From Anaerosoma tenue (GTDB lineage Bacteria; Actinomycetota; Coriobacteriia; Anaerosomatales; Anaerosomataceae), in contig NZ_JALNTY010000003.1 in NCBI RefSeq assembly GCF_023161965.1, positions 11,271 through 43,270 on the forward strand: a stretch of 32,000 nt of DNA. The letters run 5' to 3'. Within the stretch, counting starts at the first letter, position 1. Every line of letters begins with the position of its first letter. This document shows positions 28,483 through 32,000 of this stretch, in pieces. Made by a program: the position numbers and the translations under genes. The notes under the pieces were generated by a model. The model was given only the letters and a program-made list of their open reading frames with translations. It did no database searches and was not told the origin of the DNA.

Positions 28483-28522
28483 GTTTCGTGCGTGTTTCCG
28501 GTGGGATAACGGGGCGAGAAAC
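28483..28522 (-). promoter_or_regulatory. GlnR-box-like repeats in the glnA/GNAT divergent intergenic region
   Basis: The minus strand reads GTTTCtcgccccGTTATcccaccgGAAACacgcacGAAACacag. GAAAC-n6-GAAAC has the exact 11-bp period of GlnR b-sites. The flanking GTTAT and GTTTC elements are offset by 1 nt from the ideal spacing. The region lies 52-91 nt upstream of the glnA ATG. Confidence 0.35.
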
Positions 28523-28581
28523 CTGTCCGTCTCGGGTATCCTTACAGGACGATGCCGAGGGATTCCGGGGAGGAACGACAG

Positions 28582-29136
28582 GTGCTGAGAGGATCGACCA
28601 CCTATCTCACGCGGTTCGACAAGGCCCATATCGAGACAGTGCGCGGCTGGCTCAACGACCCAGCCGTCAACGAGTGGCTCCTCTCCAGCCAGCTGCCCTA
28701 CTCGAGCGAGCAGGAGGCCGCTTTCTTCGATCTCACCGAGCGCGAGTGGTCCCAGGGCACCGCGTACCGGTTCGAGATCCACGTCGCCGAAGACGACCGC
28801 CTCGTTGGCATCACCGGACTCGACGACGTGATCCTGCTCCACCGGCGCGCCGAAGTCGGCATCTTCGTGGGCTCGCTTGCGCATCAGAACCGGGGATATG
28901 GCCGGGACGCCCTCGTGACGCTCCTGCGATTCGGATTCGACAACCTCGGCCTGCACTCGATCGCCATCAGGGCGAACACCGAGAACGAGCGCGCCGTGCA
29001 TCTCTACCGCTCCATCGGGTTCACCGAGACCGGCCGCGAGCGCGAGTGCGCGTTCATGCGCGGCCGCTTCCACGACCACGTCTGCTTCGACATGCTGGCC
29101 TCGGAGTTCCACGAGCGGTACGGCCTTTCCGGCTGA
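28582..29136 (+). CDS. GNAT family N-acetyltransferase (RimJ/RimL-like)
   Basis: Acetyl-CoA binding core HQNRGYGRDALVTLLRFGFDNLGLHSIAIRANTENERAVHLYRSIGF. Start is set at GTG 28582, with GGAGGA 7 nt upstream. ATG 28552 has no RBS. Confidence 0.8.
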   Translation: MLRGSTTYLTRFDKAHIETVRGWLNDPAVNEWLLSSQLPYSSEQEAAFFDLTEREWSQGTAYRFEIHVAEDDRLVGITGLDDVILLHRRAEVGIFVGSLAHQNRGYGRDALVTLLRFGFDNLGLHSIAIRANTENERAVHLYRSIGFTETGRERECAFMRGRFHDHVCFDMLASEFHERYGLSG

Positions 29137-29970
29137 TCACATCGATGCGTAGAGCTTGGCGTACGGACGGTGGCTCATCGGGCTGATCCGCACGAACGGG
29201 GCCGAGAGGATCTCGTCGGCGTCCATCCCCATCGCCGTGGCATACTCCTGGATCACCGGGCGCAGTTCGGCCATGTGCTCCTCGCCGACCTCGACGACCC
29301 CCACCTCGGCTCCGCACTGCCATGGCTCCACGCGCCCGCGCACGTAGATGACGCCCCCGTGCATGCCTGCGCCAAGGAAGGAGCCCGCGATCGGCTGCGA
29401 TCCGTCACGGGCGTTCATGCCGAGAAGCACGAGCATGCCGCCCGCCATGTACTCACCGAAGAAGTCGCGCGCCTTGCCGCCGCACACGAGCACCGGCACG
29501 TTCTTCTCGTACGCCTTCATGTGGATGCCCACGCGGTAGCCCACGTCTCCGCGGACGAAGACCTTGCCGCCACGCATGCCATAGCCGAGCACATCGCCAG
29601 CGTCGCCGCGCACGACGACCGTGCCGCCGCTCATGGTGTTGCCCACCCCGTCCTGGGCGTTGCCGTTGACCTCGATAGAGACGCCGTTCGCGAACATGGC
29701 CAGGTCGTTGCCGGCGGTGCCTTCCACGCTGATGCGCACACCCGGCGCCCGGAGCCCGGCGCCGATGTAGCGCTGACCGTTCACCCCGGTGATCCGCACG
29801 TCGCGCACGCCTGCGTCGATCAGACGCCTGACGGCATCGTTGAGTTGCTGGAAGTACACGCCCGTGCTGTCAACGACAGCTACATCACCGTCACGGTCGA
29901 CCAGGGGTGCGACCTGCCTGTACCCTTCGATCACGCCGGCAGGCGGGACACTCGTTGCTGCTTTCACCAT
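29137..29970 (-). CDS. Glutamate synthase GXGXG-domain subunit (GltB domain 3, archaeal-type split GOGAT)
   Basis: Beta-helix repeats ITGVNGQRYIGAGL...VEGTAGNDLAMFANGVSIEVNGNAQDGVGNTMSGGTVVVRGDAGDVLGYGMRGGKVFVRGDVGYRVGIHMK. ATG 29970 has GGAAAGGGG 8 nt upstream. Confidence 0.85.
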   Translation of the reverse strand: MVKAATSVPPAGVIEGYRQVAPLVDRDGDVAVVDSTGVYFQQLNDAVRRLIDAGVRDVRITGVNGQRYIGAGLRAPGVRISVEGTAGNDLAMFANGVSIEVNGNAQDGVGNTMSGGTVVVRGDAGDVLGYGMRGGKVFVRGDVGYRVGIHMKAYEKNVPVLVCGGKARDFFGEYMAGGMLVLLGMNARDGSQPIAGSFLGAGMHGGVIYVRGRVEPWQCGAEVGVVEVGEEHMAELRPVIQEYATAMGMDADEILSAPFVRISPMSHRPYAKLYASM

Positions 29971-29986
29971 TCCGGGCACCCCTTTC

Positions 29987-31498
29987 CTACAGTCCGGCGG
30001 GCTTGACGCCAAGGACCCGGCAGGTCTGCTCGTCGAGACCGATCGCGCGCAGACGCTCGCGGCTGCCTCGCAGGCTTTCCACGGCGTTCACGCCGAGCGC
30101 GCCGAGGATCTCCTGGAGCTCGTGACTCCACGCGTGCACGAGGTTCGTGAGCCGCTCGGCGCCCCAGTCGGGATCGATGCGTCGTGTGAGCTCGGGCTTC
30201 TGCGTGGTGATGCCCCACGAGCACTTGCCCGTGTGGCAGCTCTGGCAGAGGTGGCAGCCCAGCGCGAGCAGCGTTGCGGTGCCGATCGCCACGGCATCCG
30301 CCCCCAGCGCGATCGCCTTGGCGGCATCGGCCGAGGATCGGATGGAACCCGCGGCGATGATGCTCGCCTGGTTGCGGATCCCTTCGTCCCGCAGCCGCTG
30401 GTCGACCACCGCCAGCGCGATCTCCACCGGGATGCCGATGTGGTCCCGGATCACCTGAGGGGCCGCACCGGTACCGCCGCGGAAGCCGTCGAGGTAGATG
30501 TAGTCGGCCCCGGCCCGCACGATGCCGCTCGCGATCGCGGCCACGTTATGCACGGCGGCGATCTTCACGCCCACCGGCTTGTAGCCCGTGGCTTCCTTGA
30601 GCGCGTAGATGAGCTGGCGCAGGTCCTCGATCGAGTAGATGTCGTGATGCGGAGCCGGTGATATGGCGTCTGAACCCTGGGGCACCATCCGCGTGGCCGA
30701 CACATCGCGGTCGATCTTCTCACCCGGGAGGTGTCCTCCGATGCCGGGCTTCGCCCCCTGGCCGATCTTGATCTCAAGGGCCGCGGCACGATCGAGCACG
30801 TCGGGATCCAGACCGAAGCGTCCGGAGGCGACCTGCAGGATGATGTTGTCCTGGTACGGGAAGAGGTCCTCGTGCATGCCCCCTTCGCCCGTGTTCATCA
30901 TGGTGCCGAGGCGCTGAGCGGCCATCGCTATCGACTTGTGCACGTTCAGCGACACCGACCCGTAACTCATCGGGGCGAAGATGATGGGAACGTCGAGCCT
31001 GATGTTACGGGACACGCCTCCGTCGTCGGCGAGCATGAACCCGCCTTCGGGGTCGGGCACCACCGACACGGCGTCGGGTTTGCGCCCGAGGTACGTGCGC
31101 AGCTCCATCGGCTCGCGGAGCGGGTCGATGGACGGGTTGGTCACCTGGCACGCATCGAGCACGAGCTTGTCGAAGATCCGCTCGTACGGCTTCGGGTTGC
31201 CCATCGACGTGAGCAGCACACCGCCCGTCTCCGCCTGCCGCCACACCGACGTGCGCGCATCCACCGACCAGTTGTCGTTGTCACGGAACGCGAGCGTGTT
31301 CTTCTCGATCGTGATGCAGTGCGCCGGGCAGTACGTCACGCAGCGATGGCATGCGCGGCACTTCTCGTCATGCGGGATCGGGCGCTCGTTGAACTCGTAC
31401 ACGCCCCAGCCGCACTGCTGTACGCAGCGCCCACACTTGTGGCACTTGTCGTAGTCGATCTTGACCCGGAACTCGGGCTGCACGAACGTCTGCTGCAT
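29987..31498 (-). CDS. Glutamate synthase FMN-binding subunit with N-terminal 2x[4Fe-4S] ferredoxin module (GltB domain 2)
   Basis: N-terminal module MQQTFVQPEFRVKIDYDKCHKCGRCVQQCGWGVYEF...DEKCRACHRCVTYCPAHCI. FMN-domain motifs FAPMSYGSVS, NTGEGG, IKIGQGAKPGIGGHLPG, SPAPHHDIYSIEDL, LDGFRGGTGAAP. ATG 31498 lies 2 nt after the upstream stop. Confidence 0.9.
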   Translation of the reverse strand: MQQTFVQPEFRVKIDYDKCHKCGRCVQQCGWGVYEFNERPIPHDEKCRACHRCVTYCPAHCITIEKNTLAFRDNDNWSVDARTSVWRQAETGGVLLTSMGNPKPYERIFDKLVLDACQVTNPSIDPLREPMELRTYLGRKPDAVSVVPDPEGGFMLADDGGVSRNIRLDVPIIFAPMSYGSVSLNVHKSIAMAAQRLGTMMNTGEGGMHEDLFPYQDNIILQVASGRFGLDPDVLDRAAALEIKIGQGAKPGIGGHLPGEKIDRDVSATRMVPQGSDAISPAPHHDIYSIEDLRQLIYALKEATGYKPVGVKIAAVHNVAAIASGIVRAGADYIYLDGFRGGTGAAPQVIRDHIGIPVEIALAVVDQRLRDEGIRNQASIIAAGSIRSSADAAKAIALGADAVAIGTATLLALGCHLCQSCHTGKCSWGITTQKPELTRRIDPDWGAERLTNLVHAWSHELQEILGALGVNAVESLRGSRERLRAIGLDEQTCRVLGVKPAGL

Positions 31499-31500
31499 CT

Positions 31501-32000
31501 TCAGACCGCCACTTCCTCGAGCTCGTGACAGGCATCGGCCGCCGTGACGGCGCATGAGATCTCGGCCGGTGAAGCGTGGAGCTGGCTGTGGAACGGCGGC
31601 TCCATCCCCTCGACCCTGGCGATGACCGGCTCGCCTGCTTTGGGCGCCCACACCTCGTCGGGAGCCGTCAGCACCGTGTGGATCGCGCTCTCCTCCGAGG
31701 CGACCATCAAACGGCTGCCGCTCCGCGCCGCAACGAGCGGCCGGAGCTTGATGCGGTCGTTGAGGGCCACCATGCCCCCGTTGAAACCGAGCACGATCGC
31801 GAACGGACCGTTGAGCATCCCCGGTCCGTAGACGGCCCGCAGCGAACGCATGACCGCAGCGTCTCGGTCGGGCATGCGATCGATATCCGACCACAGCGGC
31901 GCGGCGAGCGCCTTGCACGCCAGCTCCACCGGCAGCTTGTGCCGGCGAAGCATCAGGTCGAAGAGGTAGGCTGCCACCTCGGTGTCCGTGCCGAGCGAGC
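31501..32000 (-). CDS. Class II (Ntn) glutamine amidotransferase subunit of split glutamate synthase (GltB domain 1), C-terminal part; the 5' end is beyond the window
   Basis: The frame is open to the window edge. It reads ...SLGTDTEVAAYLFDLMLRR...GPFAIVLGFNGGMVALNDRIKLRPLVAARSGSRLMVASEESAI. A TDTE motif and this layout are typical of class II GATases, and the gene is tightly coupled to the FMN subunit. Confidence 0.8.
   Translation of the reverse strand, partial: SLGTDTEVAAYLFDLMLRRHKLPVELACKALAAPLWSDIDRMPDRDAAVMRSLRAVYGPGMLNGPFAIVLGFNGGMVALNDRIKLRPLVAARSGSRLMVASEESAIHTVLTAPDEVWAPKAGEPVIARVEGMEPPFHSQLHASPAEISCAVTAADACHELEEVAV

Overview
High-GC bacterial chromosome segment. The order polA-rpsA-coaE-uvrB ... 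uvrA matches the conserved Actinomycetota arrangement known from mycobacteria. I call about 29 protein-coding genes and found no rRNA, tRNA, CRISPR array or mobile element. Three themes stand out. (1) Housekeeping and DNA repair: uvrA (partial), uvrB, coaE, rpsA, polA. (2) A dense nitrogen-assimilation set: amtB-glnK-glnD at 2.3-6.3 kb, and at 26-32 kb a GlnR-like orphan response regulator, a GSI-alpha-type glnA and a split three-gene archaeal-type glutamate synthase. GlnR-box-like repeats lie upstream of amtB and glnA. (3) About 16 kb of accessory genes between uvrA and uvrB: an SDR, acs, a LarE-like PP-loop enzyme, an operon of a coiled-coil protein, a UbiB kinase and two small membrane proteins, an ABC-2 exporter, a Zn/Cd/Pb-type P1B ATPase, and two tandem paralogous membrane-anchored proteins of unknown function. 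The most interesting signal is an in-frame TGA (14970-14972) at the first Cys of the GxxCxxC metal-binding motif of the ATPase. A hairpin follows it. This is either a selenocysteine (UxxC) recoding candidate or a very recent nonsense lesion. The many long ORFs antisense to real genes in the supplied track are treated as GC-driven shadow ORFs. All calls rest on reading and translating the sequence by eye; no searches were run.
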